Notes: a model not told the origin generated them from the sequence alone. Shown: positions 38,813 to 49,972, numbered from the stretch's first letter. The stretch is DNA of 64,000 nucleotides from an uncultured delta proteobacterium (GCA_963793865.1 CAWCBP010000001.1:896001-960000), one strand, 5' to 3'. Numbers and translations: made by a program.

Positions 38813-39574
38813 ATGAGCAGAGGCAAGGGGCGCAAAAAGTTTAAAAAGGGCGTTTTTATATTGCCGAGCATCTTCACCTCCCTCAACCTGTTTTGCGCGT
38901 TTTACTCAATCACCGCCTCCCTGCAGGGCCATTTTCTCCAGGCTTCATGGGCAATCATCATAGCGGCCGCGTTTGACGCGGTGGATGGCCGGATCGCCCG
39001 GCTTACCCATTCCGTCAGCAAATTCGGCGAGGAATATGATTCGCTGGTGGACATGGTCAGCTTCGGAATAGCGCCCGCCCTCATGGTCTACTTGAGTTCG
39101 CTCAGGGTGTTCGGCAGATGGGGCTGGCTGGCGGCCTTCCTTTTCATCATCTGCGTGGCGCTGAGGCTGGCGCGCTTTAATGTTCATTTGAAATTCATCG
39201 ACAGCAAGTTTTTCCAGGGGCTGCCCAGCCCGCCGTCGGCGGGCATGCTGGCCACCACGGTTATCTTTTTGAACAGCGTGGGCATCCTGGATGTCAAAAT
39301 CAAGGCCATGCCGGTGATGACCTGCCTGCTGGCACTGCTCATGGTCAGCAACATACGCTATTATAGCTTCAAGGATTTTAATTTTCGCAAAAGAAGGCCC
39401 TTCAGCGTCCTGGTGGCGCTGGTGCTGATTCTGGTTCTTCTCCTGGGCGAGCCGGAAATCATTTTATTCGGCGCATCAGCCGCCTACGCCCTTTCAGGAC
39501 CTGTTGCCTTTCTTGTAACCCTGAGGCGGAGGAAGCCGGCGGTTGAACTTGCTGAAGAGACAAAGTATTATTGA
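38813..39574 (+). CDS. pssA: CDP-diacylglycerol--serine O-phosphatidyltransferase
   Basis: LPSIFT, DAVDGRIAR..S.FGEEYDSLVD.VSFG, LRLARFN, FQGLPSP. Confidence 0.93.
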   Translation: MSRGKGRKKFKKGVFILPSIFTSLNLFCAFYSITASLQGHFLQASWAIIIAAAFDAVDGRIARLTHSVSKFGEEYDSLVDMVSFGIAPALMVYLSSLRVFGRWGWLAAFLFIICVALRLARFNVHLKFIDSKFFQGLPSPPSAGMLATTVIFLNSVGILDVKIKAMPVMTCLLALLMVSNIRYYSFKDFNFRKRRPFSVLVALVLILVLLLGEPEIILFGASAAYALSGPVAFLVTLRRRKPAVELAEETKYY

Positions 39575-39620
39575 TGGCAGCTGACGGAGCAGGCCTGCTG
39601 CAATGGTAACGAGGTGTTGA

Positions 39621-41150
39621 GTGGAACGGATAAGAATTTTTGATACCACCCTGCGGGACGGTGAGCAGTCCCCGGGGTTCAGCATGAACATCAATGAGAA
39701 GATCACCATGGCGCGCCAGCTGGAAAAGCTTGGCGTTGACATCATTGAGGCAGGCTTTCCCATGGCTTCGCAGGGGGATTTTGAGGCGGTGAGTCAGATC
39801 GCCCGGGCGGTCAGCGGCGTTCAGGTTGCCGGGCTGGCCCGTGCCAATGAAAGGGACATTGACCGGGCGTGGGAGGCAATCAGCTCAGCGCGCATGCCGC
39901 GCATTCATACCTTCATTTCAACCTCTGACATACATCTGACCCATCAGCTGCGCAAGAGCAGGGAAGAAGTGCTGGCCATGACCTCGGCGGCCGTCAGGCG
40001 GGCAAAATCCTATACCGAAAATGTTGAATTCTCGGCCATGGATGCGACCAGAAGCGATCGGGATTTTCTCTGCCGGGTAATCGAGGCGGCCATCGATGCC
40101 GGGGCGACCACCGTAAACATACCGGATACGGTGGGCTATGCCGTCCCCTCGGAGTTCGGAGCGCTCATAGGCTACCTGAAGGAGCATGTTCCCGCCATTG
40201 ACCGGGCGGTCATCAGCGTTCACTGCCACAACGACCTCGGGCTGGCCACGGCCAACGCCATCGCCGCCGTTCAGAACGGAGCGCGCCAGATTGAGTGCAC
40301 CATCAACGGGATCGGCGAGCGGGCAGGGAACACCTCGCTGGAAGAAGCGGTCATGATTCTCTATACCCGGAAAGACCTCATAAATCTCTCCACCGGCATC
40401 AGAACAGCTGAATTATACACCACCAGCCGCCTTCTGACCAGGATCACCGGCGTGGCGGTGCAGCCGAACAAGGCCATCGTCGGCGCAAATGCATTTGCCC
40501 ACGAGTCGGGCATCCACACCGATGGCCTGCTGAAGGACAAGCTTACCTATGAAATCATGACCCCTGAGTCGGTCGGTGTGGTCAAGAGCAGCCTGGTTCT
40601 GGGAAAGCACTCCGGCCGGCATGCCATGAAGGATGAGCTGCAGAAACGGGGATATGAGCTCAGCGATGAGACGGTTAACAAGATATTCGAGCGCTTTAAG
40701 GATCTGGCGGACAAGAAAAAGGATCTGTACGACGAAGACCTGGAAACCATCGTCGCGGAAATTGTCCTGCGCGCGCCGGAAAAATACAAGCTCATCAATT
40801 TGAACGTGGTCAGCGGCAGCTTTGCCATTCCAACCGCAACCGTGCAGATGGAGGTTGAGGGAGAGCTTATCAAGGATGTGGGAATGGGCGACGGTCCGGT
40901 TGACGCCGCGTTTAAAACCATTGCCAAAATAACCCGCACCAAAAGCACGCTGCTCAAGTACAGCGTCGACGCCATAACCGGCGGCACAGATGCGCAGGGG
41001 GTCGTCACCGTGCGGCTTGAGGAAGACGGCCGTGAAATCGTGGGCCGGGGCGCGCACAATGACATCATCATGGCCAGCGTGCTTGCATATCTCAACGCGC
41101 TGAACCGGCTGGAGCACATAAAGCAAAGCCCTATCAAGAGCTACCTGTAG
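39621..41150 (+). CDS. leuA: 2-isopropylmalate synthase
   Basis: FDTTLRDGEQSPG, HCHNDLG, GIGERAGN, LGKHSGRH, regulatory domain GDGPVDA. Confidence 0.96.
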   Translation: MERIRIFDTTLRDGEQSPGFSMNINEKITMARQLEKLGVDIIEAGFPMASQGDFEAVSQIARAVSGVQVAGLARANERDIDRAWEAISSARMPRIHTFISTSDIHLTHQLRKSREEVLAMTSAAVRRAKSYTENVEFSAMDATRSDRDFLCRVIEAAIDAGATTVNIPDTVGYAVPSEFGALIGYLKEHVPAIDRAVISVHCHNDLGLATANAIAAVQNGARQIECTINGIGERAGNTSLEEAVMILYTRKDLINLSTGIRTAELYTTSRLLTRITGVAVQPNKAIVGANAFAHESGIHTDGLLKDKLTYEIMTPESVGVVKSSLVLGKHSGRHAMKDELQKRGYELSDETVNKIFERFKDLADKKKDLYDEDLETIVAEIVLRAPEKYKLINLNVVSGSFAIPTATVQMEVEGELIKDVGMGDGPVDAAFKTIAKITRTKSTLLKYSVDAITGGTDAQGVVTVRLEEDGREIVGRGAHNDIIMASVLAYLNALNRLEHIKQSPIKSYL

Positions 41151-41268
41151 CTTCACCCACGGCAAGAACCTTTTTTTAATGCCCCCAGTGAGACGGTGAA
41201 CCTGTTCTTGCCTCTTTGCAGCACTTTCCGGATTACCTGGGTCATAACAGTAAAAGGTCACATCAACG

Positions 41269-42552
41269 ATGGGAATGACCATAACTGAAAAAATACTGGC
41301 GGCGCACGCGCACCTGGAAAAGGTGTCGCCGGGACAGTTGATCAGGGCGAGGGTGGACCTTGTGCTTGCCAATGACATCACCGCCCCCCTGGCCATCGAA
41401 CAGTTCCGGAAGGCGGGATCCGCCCGCGTGTTTGATAAGGATAAAATCGTGCTGGTGCTTGACCATTTTGCGCCAAACAAGGACATCCTCTCCGCGGAGC
41501 AGTGCCGCTTCGTCAGGGAATTTGCCCGGGAGCAGAACCTCACCAACTTTTTTGAGGGCGGCGACATGGGAATAGAACATGCACTGCTGCCTGAAAAAGG
41601 TCTGGTTAAACCGGGGCAGGTAATCATCGGCGCCGACAGTCACACCTGCACCTACGGCGCGCTGGGCGCTTTTGCCACGGGCGTGGGCAGCACCGATGTG
41701 GCCGCGGCCATGATAACCGGTAAAACCTGGTTCAGAATTCCGGAATCAATCAAGATTGTTTTTACCGGGCGCCTGAGGCCATGGGTGGGGGGAAAGGATC
41801 TCATTCTCCGCGTCATCGGCGACATCGGTGTCGACGGCGCCCTGTATAAGGCCATGGAATTTACCGGGGAAGTCATCGACGGACTGCCCATGCCGGACCG
41901 GCTGAGCATGGCCAACATGGTTATCGAGGCGGGAGCGAAATGCGGCATAATGCCGCCCGATGCGGTGACACGCGCTTATTTGAATGAACGCCTGCCGTCT
42001 GCGGATCAGGGGCAGTTCATGACCGGTGACGAAGACGCCGTCTACGCTGACGTCAGGGAGTACTGCGTCACCGACATGGAACCCCAGGTGGCATTTCCCC
42101 ACTCCCCGGAGAATGTGCATGGCATCAGCAGCATCGCACGGATTCCCATTGACCAGGCCGTCATCGGCAGCTGTACCAACGGCCGGCTTGAAGACCTCAA
42201 ATCAGCTGCGCAGGTATTGCAGGGCCGAAGGGCCGCCCCCGGGGTCAGACTGATTATCATACCCGCGACCCCCTGGATTTATGAGCAGGCCATGCGCCTG
42301 GGCTACCTGGAGACATTCATAAAGTCCCGGGCGGTTATCAGCCCGCCAACCTGCGGTCCCTGCCTGGGAGGTCACATGGGCATCCTGGCAAAAGGGGAAA
42401 GGGCCATTGCCACAACCAACCGCAACTTTGTCGGACGGATGGGACACGCGGAAAGTGAGGTCTATCTGTCAAACCCTGCGGTGGCGGCGGCGTCGGCCGT
42501 GGCCGGTTACATTTGCGGTCCTGAGCACATAGGGGTTAGGGATCAGTCATGA
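41269..42552 (+). CDS. leuC: 3-isopropylmalate dehydratase large subunit
   Basis: GADSHTCTYGA, GSCTNGR, CGPCLGGHMG, TTNRNF.GRMG. Confidence 0.94.
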   Translation: MGMTITEKILAAHAHLEKVSPGQLIRARVDLVLANDITAPLAIEQFRKAGSARVFDKDKIVLVLDHFAPNKDILSAEQCRFVREFAREQNLTNFFEGGDMGIEHALLPEKGLVKPGQVIIGADSHTCTYGALGAFATGVGSTDVAAAMITGKTWFRIPESIKIVFTGRLRPWVGGKDLILRVIGDIGVDGALYKAMEFTGEVIDGLPMPDRLSMANMVIEAGAKCGIMPPDAVTRAYLNERLPSADQGQFMTGDEDAVYADVREYCVTDMEPQVAFPHSPENVHGISSIARIPIDQAVIGSCTNGRLEDLKSAAQVLQGRRAAPGVRLIIIPATPWIYEQAMRLGYLETFIKSRAVISPPTCGPCLGGHMGILAKGERAIATTNRNFVGRMGHAESEVYLSNPAVAAASAVAGYICGPEHIGVRDQS

Positions 42553-43040
42553 AAGGGACCTGCTGGAAATACGGCGCTGATATCAATACCGATCTTATCA
42601 TAGCCGGACGCTACCTGAACACCACGGATCCGAAAATACTGGCGGGCCACTGCATGGAGGACCTTGATCCGCATTTCGCGGCCGGGGTTAAGCCGGGCGA
42701 TATCATCCTTGCGGACAAAAACTTCGGCTGCGGCAGCTCGCGCGAGCACGCACCCCTGGCATTGAAGGCCGCCGGAATCACCTGCGTGGTCGCCAGGAGC
42801 TTCGCCCGCATTTTTTACCGCAACGCCTTTAATCTCGGCCTGCCGGTCCTTGTCTGTCCGGAGGCCTATGAAAACAGCCACACCGGGGATGAGCTGGAGA
42901 TATCCCTGGAGAAGGGCACTATCAGCAACCTGACCAGGGGCACCACCTTCAGTGCAGAGCCCATACCTGAATTCATGCGGGAAATCATCAGCCGCGGCGG
43001 ATTGATGCAATATGTCGCCTCAACCCGTGAAAAGGGATAA
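42549..43040 (+). CDS. leuD: 3-isopropylmalate dehydratase small subunit
   Basis: INTDLII, NFGCGSSREHAP, FARIFYRN. Confidence 0.94.
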   Translation: MKGTCWKYGADINTDLIIAGRYLNTTDPKILAGHCMEDLDPHFAAGVKPGDIILADKNFGCGSSREHAPLALKAAGITCVVARSFARIFYRNAFNLGLPVLVCPEAYENSHTGDELEISLEKGTISNLTRGTTFSAEPIPEFMREIISRGGLMQYVASTREKG

Positions 43041-43073
43041 CCGTCATAAGCAAAAGGAATCGGGAGCGAAGCA

Positions 43074-44129
43074 ATGTACACCATAGCAGTCGTACCGGGA
43101 GACGGCACAGGCCCGGAGGTAATTAATGAAGGGCTTAAGGTGCTGAAGGTCCTGGCGCACAAGACGCATTTCACCTATCAGACGGTACACTACAATTTCG
43201 GCGGTGAGCACTACAAAAAAACAGGGGAAACGCTGCCGGATTCGGCACTGCAGGAATTCAGGCAGGCTTCTGCCATTTATCTCGGTGCCATAGGTCATCC
43301 CGACGTGAAGCCGGGAATACTGGAGAAGGAAATTTTGCTCAAAATCCGCTTTGAGCTGGACCAGTACATAAATTTGCGGCCGGTTAAACTCTATCCCCAT
43401 GTAGACACACCGCTCAAGGATAAAGGGCCTGCAGATATAGATTTTACGGTAATCAGGGAGAATACCGAGGGTCTGTACGTGGGCAGCGGGGGATTTTTAA
43501 AAAAGGGAACGCCGGATGAAATAGCCATCCAGGAATCCATCAATACCCGGAAGGGGGTGGAGCGCTGCATCAGATATGCATATGAATTGTGCAGCAAACG
43601 CGCTAAAAACAACAAGCTCACCCTCTGCGGCAAAACCAACGTTCTCACCTATGCCCATGACCTCTGGCAGAGGGTTTTTGATGAGGTGGGCCGGGAGTTC
43701 CCGAAGATTACCACCAACTATGCCAACGTGGATGCCATCTGCATGTGGATGGTTAAGAATCCGGAGTGGTTTGACGTCATTGTAACCGACAACATGTTCG
43801 GCGATATCATAACCGACCTTGGCGCCATGATTCAAGGCGGCATGGGCATTGCCGCGGGAGGGAACATTAACCCCCATGGCACCTCCATGTTTGAACCGAT
43901 CGGCGGATCCGCTCCCAAGTACACCGGCAAAAACATGGTCAATCCTCTTGCCGCCATCTCCGCCTGCCAGCTAATGCTCGAGCATCTCGGGGAAGGGGAT
44001 GCGGCTGACATACTTGAGCGCGCCATTATCAAGGCATTGTCAAAAATGAAAAGCCTTTCCGCCGGGAAAATGGGTTACACTACTTCAGGGGTTGGTGATC
44101 TTGTCGTTGCGGCAATAGAGGAGCAGTAA
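43074..44129 (+). CDS. leuB: 3-isopropylmalate dehydrogenase
   Basis: [38 protein letters not shown]. Confidence 0.92.
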   Translation: MYTIAVVPGDGTGPEVINEGLKVLKVLAHKTHFTYQTVHYNFGGEHYKKTGETLPDSALQEFRQASAIYLGAIGHPDVKPGILEKEILLKIRFELDQYINLRPVKLYPHVDTPLKDKGPADIDFTVIRENTEGLYVGSGGFLKKGTPDEIAIQESINTRKGVERCIRYAYELCSKRAKNNKLTLCGKTNVLTYAHDLWQRVFDEVGREFPKITTNYANVDAICMWMVKNPEWFDVIVTDNMFGDIITDLGAMIQGGMGIAAGGNINPHGTSMFEPIGGSAPKYTGKNMVNPLAAISACQLMLEHLGEGDAADILERAIIKALSKMKSLSAGKMGYTTSGVGDLVVAAIEEQ

Positions 44130-44247
44130 GGTACCGCCGTTCTCGCCTCCGGTTCCCTTCGTTTTGACATCACGTGCTGATTGCAGGTTCTTGAGTGCCA
44201 TGCTCAATTGATATGTGAGCCTAATTATGCATCTGGCTGAATAATAA

Positions 44248-45147
44248 GTGAAAACATCGATCATATTCAACCCTGTTGCAGGCGCGCGGAAAGGGAAGAA
44301 ATTAGCCGAGGCAGTCAGGGTATTTAAAGCCCAGGGCATAAGGCCCGTCATACGGGAAACACAAAAGAGGGGGGATGCCGGCACATTTGCAAAAGAGGAG
44401 GTCGTCCGGGGGAGCGAAATTATCGTAGCTGCGGGAGGGGACGGTACCATCAATGAAGTAGCCAATGGCCTCATCGGGACCGGGGCCAGGCTTGGCATCC
44501 TGCCCATGGGGCTGGCAAATGTTCTCGCCCTCGAAATGAACATTCCTGAGAAACCGGAATCAGCGGTTAATGTCATCCTCAGCGGAACTCCGCAGCTGAT
44601 CAATCCGGGATACGTGGTGCTGACCGGTTCCGATAGCGACAAGCAGATAAAGAGATATTTCATGCTCATGGCCGGAATCGGTTTTGACGGAGGTGTCATG
44701 CATGATATATGCCGGTCTCACATTGAACGCTGGGGCAAGACCGCCTATATCATAGCCGGCATGCGCGCAATTGCACGGTATACCGGCCGCCTGTTTAGCA
44801 TCCGTATGGATGGGCAGAAAGAGATAGACGCATACAGTGCCGTTGTGGGGAAATCCCGCTTTTACGGCGGCAGGTTTATGGTAACGCCCCGGGCATCTCT
44901 TAAAGATGAGTGTTTGGACGTGTGTGCTTTTACAGGTAAAGGTGCGTTCAGCATGCTCAAGCAGGCCTGTGCCATACTGATCGGCGGCAATCCTGGCAAA
45001 ACCGGCGCTTATTATGAAAAGACGCGCGAACTGGAAATAACCTCGGAAGGCACAGTCTACGTACAGGTGGACGGCGATTTTCTGGGAAGTCTTCCTGCCC
45101 GGCTTGGCGTGCACAATGGCGCGATGACTGTCATGGTACCCGCATAA
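44248..45147 (+). CDS. Diacylglycerol kinase family lipid kinase (YegS/BmrU-like)
   Basis: NPVAG, GGDGTINEV, LPMG.AN, GIGFD, YGG, QVDGD. Confidence 0.88.
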   Translation: MKTSIIFNPVAGARKGKKLAEAVRVFKAQGIRPVIRETQKRGDAGTFAKEEVVRGSEIIVAAGGDGTINEVANGLIGTGARLGILPMGLANVLALEMNIPEKPESAVNVILSGTPQLINPGYVVLTGSDSDKQIKRYFMLMAGIGFDGGVMHDICRSHIERWGKTAYIIAGMRAIARYTGRLFSIRMDGQKEIDAYSAVVGKSRFYGGRFMVTPRASLKDECLDVCAFTGKGAFSMLKQACAILIGGNPGKTGAYYEKTRELEITSEGTVYVQVDGDFLGSLPARLGVHNGAMTVMVPA

Positions 45148-45211
45148 ACCATGCAGGCAGATGATAGAAAACAAGGCAACTGACAGCACCAACCGAAGAA
45201 AGGAGTGAATT

Positions 45212-45652
45212 ATGAAGCTGCCGGAATACATCACCGCCGAAGAAGTGAGAAGGGTTTGCAAGGCTGCAGGGCTGCGCGACTGGACACGTTTGCAGAAACC
45301 CACGGTTACCATCGGAGAGGCAAGGAAAATACTGGGCATGGTGAACACCACCCGCATGCCCATCGATCCCGAGGAATTCAGGGCCGGGCTTGATGTTGAG
45401 CTTGAGCACGGAACCAGGTTTCCCGATGCCAATGTCACCAACAATCACCCCATTCTCACCGGGAAAATCGTATTGGCGCACTTGAAGGAATCGCTCGATT
45501 ATTACAAGCTGCTTGAAGTCGCTGAGCTTGAAGGAGACCTTCTCAAGGCCGTTGCCAGGGGAGACAGCGTAAAAACAAAGGCAGTGTACAAAAAGCTTGC
45601 CGGGGCAAAGATAATACTGAGCAAGGCGGAAGAAAAGAGGGTAGGGCGGTAA
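45212..45652 (+). CDS. DUF5661-like protein
   Basis: EEFRAGLDVELEHG...NVTN..PILTGKIVLAHLKE..DYY.LL. Confidence 0.7.
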   Translation: MKLPEYITAEEVRRVCKAAGLRDWTRLQKPTVTIGEARKILGMVNTTRMPIDPEEFRAGLDVELEHGTRFPDANVTNNHPILTGKIVLAHLKESLDYYKLLEVAELEGDLLKAVARGDSVKTKAVYKKLAGAKIILSKAEEKRVGR

Positions 45653-45684
45653 ATTCCTCCATAACAGGAATAAGGAGGTATGCG

Positions 45685-47373
45685 ATGAGAAAGAAAAACC
45701 TGTTTTTAGACATCTGCTGCGCTATGGTGATTTTTTTGGCATATGCTCCTGTTAATGCCGCGGATTGGGACAAGGACGGCATTGACGACTCTCTTGACAA
45801 CTGTTTGAGCGTGGTCAATCCGGACCAGGCTGATGACGATACGGATAATTTTGGTAATGTTTGTGATTATTGCCCCGGAAATGGACAATATAATCTGGAT
45901 GGAGACGGGCTGTGCGACGGAGATGATAACTGCTATTCCGTTTCCAACGCCGGCCAGGAGGACGGCGATGGCGACGGGTATGGTGACGTGTGCGCAGAAA
46001 ACATACCATCCTATTACCCGGTTGAAACATTCCGGGGCAGCTATGAGGAAATAGGAAGAAAAGTAGCCACAAAGCACCCTGACACCATTATTTATGTGGC
46101 GGACATTTTTTCACTTCTGGGAGTGACGCCGCAGGTTGCGCAGCGCCGGTATGATGAAATCAGCGAGGTCATGCCCCAAAGCATAAAAGATCACATGAAG
46201 GGGATGGCAGAAGGCCTTCAGCAAGCCCGATCCATTGAGAAACAAAGGGCATGGGAAATGGTTTTGGTCGCGGCCTTCGCCATAGATGTTCTAAATATCC
46301 CGGATGATCCGGCCGCCGCCGGCAATGCTGCGGGATGTACCGCGTTTGCCGTTTCGTCACCGGCGGGAACATTTTTGACTCATAATACCGACAACCAGAA
46401 GTCAACAGAGCATAACGGCTCCATAATGCGTATTGTCCCGAACAACGGGGACAATTCTTATATTCACTTTTTTGCGCCGGCCTTTGTGGATGTGGGGCTC
46501 GGGCTCAATGACCAGGGGATCGGAATAACCTATAATGTCGGCCGGCCCAATAACAATCCTCTCAACGGATTGCCCCCGCTTTTCATGGTTCGCCAGGTTA
46601 TGGAAAAGGCCTCATCGCTTCAGGAGGCCGTAGCCTATTTCACTGATTTTCTGGATGACGGTAATTCATATGGGTACGGCGGCGCCATCTTTTTGCTGGT
46701 GGATTTCAAGGATTCCGCGATGGCGAAAATTCAAATCAAGTCTGATGATTATAAAGTAACCTACGGCGAGCAGCTTAAACCGGGCGTTACCTACATTGCT
46801 TCGACCAATCACTTCGATGAAGATTTCGCCGCCCTGACGCCTGAAGAAAAAGCCACCAGTTCCAACAGATCATCACTTGCACGGTGGGAGCGTCTCATGG
46901 AACTGCTGTCGCAACATGACACCTATGATCTTGATACCTGCTTTGCAATCTTAACCGATCACGGAGACGGGGAACCGGGCCCGGACACCATCTGCAGAGA
47001 CAGCGGGACGCCATTTGGTACGGCTACAACACTCACCAATATTTTTACTGCCGATGCCATTTATTATACAGCGGGAAGGCCTGACCGATACTTGGAAGTG
47101 TATGGTGTGCCGGTTAGGATTGATCTGAAGCCGCGACCGCTGTGCCCGGCGGAAGAACTCTACGGAGAAAATTCGTCAGAGGTAATGCTGCTCAAGCGCT
47201 TTCGTGACTCGGTGCTTGCATCCCTGCCGGAGGGTAAGGAATTCATACAGCTGTATTATCGCCTCAGTCCCGATGTGGTTGATGCCATAAAATACGATGC
47301 GTCCATCAGGTTTTCAATGAAAACCTTTCTTGACCAATTGTTGCCGATAATAAAGTTTGTGACCGAGGTATGA
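45685..47373 (+). CDS. Secreted C45-family Ntn hydrolase with thrombospondin type-3 repeats and CFI-box-CTERM-like tail
   Basis: Signal peptide; DxDGIDD..DNC..VVNPDQAD repeats; GCTAFAV (C218), HNTD, GLNDQG, TNHF; tail CPAE.LYG...LKRFRD.VL...G..FI.LYY..SP. Confidence 0.75.
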   Translation: MRKKNLFLDICCAMVIFLAYAPVNAADWDKDGIDDSLDNCLSVVNPDQADDDTDNFGNVCDYCPGNGQYNLDGDGLCDGDDNCYSVSNAGQEDGDGDGYGDVCAENIPSYYPVETFRGSYEEIGRKVATKHPDTIIYVADIFSLLGVTPQVAQRRYDEISEVMPQSIKDHMKGMAEGLQQARSIEKQRAWEMVLVAAFAIDVLNIPDDPAAAGNAAGCTAFAVSSPAGTFLTHNTDNQKSTEHNGSIMRIVPNNGDNSYIHFFAPAFVDVGLGLNDQGIGITYNVGRPNNNPLNGLPPLFMVRQVMEKASSLQEAVAYFTDFLDDGNSYGYGGAIFLLVDFKDSAMAKIQIKSDDYKVTYGEQLKPGVTYIASTNHFDEDFAALTPEEKATSSNRSSLARWERLMELLSQHDTYDLDTCFAILTDHGDGEPGPDTICRDSGTPFGTATTLTNIFTADAIYYTAGRPDRYLEVYGVPVRIDLKPRPLCPAEELYGENSSEVMLLKRFRDSVLASLPEGKEFIQLYYRLSPDVVDAIKYDASIRFSMKTFLDQLLPIIKFVTEV

Positions 47374-47855
47374 ATCTCAACCGGCAAAACATGCCGAATC
47401 AACTGGTTGAAGCATTGCAAGCGCTGGTCAGGCTTGAACTGGCTGTCGGGGAACTTTACAAGGCCTGCTCCGTGCAATGGCCGGATGACGGCCGGTTCTG
47501 GCTTGAGGTGGCACGGCAGGAAATGGATCATGCCCATGCAATAGAGCGCATGCTGGCGATTATTGCGCTTAATCCGGGCAATTTTGCGCCGCTTAAAGCC
47601 ATTCGGGTAAATGCGGTAGACACCATCGTTTCCGGGATTGAAAGCAGGACTGAACAGGTTCGGTCGGGCCAGCTTTCCAATAACAATGCCCTGCACATTG
47701 CCGTGGACCTTGAAAATTCGATCATGGAAAATAAGTTTTATGCAGCGGTACAAACGACTGATCCTGCATTCCTCAAGATATGCAGCGAGATTATGGCACA
47801 GACGAAGGATCATAAGTTTCAATTTGAAAATAGGATTGCCGCACTCAAAACTTGA
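47370..47855 (+). CDS. Ferritin-like/rubrerythrin-like protein
   Basis: E....LY......FW..VA.QE.DHA, A..LE.S..E, T.DH. Confidence 0.65.
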   Translation: MNLNRQNMPNQLVEALQALVRLELAVGELYKACSVQWPDDGRFWLEVARQEMDHAHAIERMLAIIALNPGNFAPLKAIRVNAVDTIVSGIESRTEQVRSGQLSNNNALHIAVDLENSIMENKFYAAVQTTDPAFLKICSEIMAQTKDHKFQFENRIAALKT

Positions 47856-47891
47856 CAAAAGCCGTGCCTTTTGATTTTTAAGCCTGCATGT

Positions 47892-49388
47892 ATGTGTAAA
47901 GCCAGAACCTTTTATCCCTCACTTGAAACATTTAAAGAAATGGCGCTTACGGGAACCATTATTCCGGTATATTCCGAGATACTGGCTGATATGGATACCC
48001 CTGTTTCCGCTTATAAAAAGATGGGGGCGAATGCGTACTCATTCCTTTTGGAAAGTATCGAGGGTGGAGAAAAATGGGCCCGCTACAGCTTTATCGGCTT
48101 CGACCCGGCCCTCATATTCCGCAGCAAGGGGAATACCGTCCGGCTGATCAAAAATGGTTCGGTTATACGAACGGTGGAAAGCGCATACCCGCTCGATGTA
48201 TTGAAGGAACTGATGCAGGATTACCGCCCGGTGGAGGTTCCCGGGTTGCCCCGGTTTATTGGCGGTGCGGTCGGCTATCTGAGCTATGATGCCGTGCGTT
48301 TTATAGAACGGCTGCCCTGCCGGACAGCGGATGATTTGCATTTGGACGATGCCGTCTTTATGATTACGGAAACGATTCTCATTTTCGATACGCTCGGCAA
48401 CACCATAAAAATCGTCTGCAATGCCCACGTGGACAAAAAGGCCTCCGCAGAAAAAGTGTATGCCCGTGCAAAAGACAAAATCGAAAAGATCATTGCCCGC
48501 CTCCGGAGGCCCACTGCGCCGGCACACTCGGAATCATACGGTAGTGAACCGGTTTCGGTCTCCTCGAACATGGACTCCGGTGCCTTTATGTCCATCGTGA
48601 GCAAGGCAAAAGAGTACATCGCCGCGGGGGAGGTAATACAGGTGGTTTTGTCCCAGCGATTTCAGGCCCGGCTGGAGGGCGACAGCTTCAATCTCTACCG
48701 GGCAATCCGGCGAATCAACCCCTCTCCCTACATGTATTACCTCGCGCTGGATGATGTCACTATCGTCGGCGCGTCACCTGAAGTGCTGGTGCGGGTTGAG
48801 GGCAATCAGATTGAGCTGCGGCCCATTGCCGGAACCCGGCCGAGAGGAAAGACAGAAGATGAAGACGCCTTCTATGTTAAAGACCTGCTGAGTGATCCGA
48901 AAGAAATAGCCGAGCATGTGATGCTGGTGGACCTGGGGAGAAATGATGTGGGCAGGGTATCGACAATGGGCAGCGTTGTGGTCCCGGAGTTTTTGACCGT
49001 CGAGAAATACTCCCATGTGATGCATATTGTGTCCGATGTGCGCGGCACCCTCCAGCCGGGCAAGAACAGCTTTGATGTTTTAAAAGCCTGTTTTCCCGCG
49101 GGAACGGTGTCGGGTGCGCCCAAAGTGCGGGCCATGGAAATTATTGAAGAGCTCGAACCGTCTGCAAGGGGCCCTTATGCGGGTGCGGTCGGCTATTTCA
49201 GCTTTTCCGGAAACATGGACTTCTGCATTGTCATCAGGACCCTGCTGATTACGGACGGCGCGGTCTATTTCCAGGCAGGGGCGGGCATCGTCGCCGACTC
49301 CCAGCCTGAAAATGAGCTCCGCGAGACAATCAACAAGGCCCGGGCGCTGGTAAAGGCCTTGCAAATGGTCAAAGAGGGTATCGACTAG
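47892..49388 (+). CDS. trpE: Anthranilate synthase component I
   Basis: [60 protein letters not shown]. Confidence 0.96.
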   Translation: MCKARTFYPSLETFKEMALTGTIIPVYSEILADMDTPVSAYKKMGANAYSFLLESIEGGEKWARYSFIGFDPALIFRSKGNTVRLIKNGSVIRTVESAYPLDVLKELMQDYRPVEVPGLPRFIGGAVGYLSYDAVRFIERLPCRTADDLHLDDAVFMITETILIFDTLGNTIKIVCNAHVDKKASAEKVYARAKDKIEKIIARLRRPTAPAHSESYGSEPVSVSSNMDSGAFMSIVSKAKEYIAAGEVIQVVLSQRFQARLEGDSFNLYRAIRRINPSPYMYYLALDDVTIVGASPEVLVRVEGNQIELRPIAGTRPRGKTEDEDAFYVKDLLSDPKEIAEHVMLVDLGRNDVGRVSTMGSVVVPEFLTVEKYSHVMHIVSDVRGTLQPGKNSFDVLKACFPAGTVSGAPKVRAMEIIEELEPSARGPYAGAVGYFSFSGNMDFCIVIRTLLITDGAVYFQAGAGIVADSQPENELRETINKARALVKALQMVKEGID

Positions 49389-49390
49389 CC

Positions 49391-49972
49391 ATGCTGCTCA
49401 TGATTGATAATTATGATTCCTTTACCTATAATCTGGTGCAGTATTTCGGTGAGCTGGGCGAAACCATAGAGGTGTTTCGCAACGATGCAATCAGTATAGC
49501 TGAAATTGAAAAGCTAAATCCCGAGTGCTTGATCATCTCCCCCGGTCCCGGAAGGCCTGTCAATGCCGGTATATCACTGGAGGCCATACGGCATTTCAGG
49601 GCAATGATGCCCATTCTGGGCGTATGCCTCGGCCACCAGTGCATCGGCGAGGCCTTCGGAGGTTCCATCGTTTCAGCCCCGCGCCTGATGCACGGCAAAA
49701 CCTCGCCTATCCACCACCACCGGCAGGGACTTTTTGAAGGTCTTTCCAACCCCTTCGAGGCCACGCGCTATCATTCCCTGGTCATTGACAGGCAATCTCT
49801 GCCTGAATGCCTGATCATAAGCGCCTGGACGGCAGAGCAGGAAATTATGGGCGTCAGCCATCGGGACTACCCGGTTTATGGCGTTCAATTTCATCCTGAA
49901 TCCATCTTGACCCGGGAAGGGAAATTACTCTTGACCAATTTTTTACGCCTGGCGCGGAAGGATGCTCATTGA
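49391..49972 (+). CDS. trpG: Anthranilate synthase component II (glutamine amidotransferase)
   Basis: [33 protein letters not shown]. Confidence 0.95.
   Translation: MLLMIDNYDSFTYNLVQYFGELGETIEVFRNDAISIAEIEKLNPECLIISPGPGRPVNAGISLEAIRHFRAMMPILGVCLGHQCIGEAFGGSIVSAPRLMHGKTSPIHHHRQGLFEGLSNPFEATRYHSLVIDRQSLPECLIISAWTAEQEIMGVSHRDYPVYGVQFHPESILTREGKLLLTNFLRLARKDAH

Noticed and set aside
40413..41627. 404-aa antisense ORF
   Set aside because: Opposite leuA/leuC; no recognisable protein features
44560..45444. 294-aa antisense ORF
   Set aside because: Opposite the lipid kinase and DUF5661-like genes, which have clear motifs
47852..47891. trp attenuator or leader peptide upstream of trpE
   Set aside because: Only about 36 nt of intergenic DNA; no Trp-codon leader or T-box; TTGACA is present but without a convincing -10
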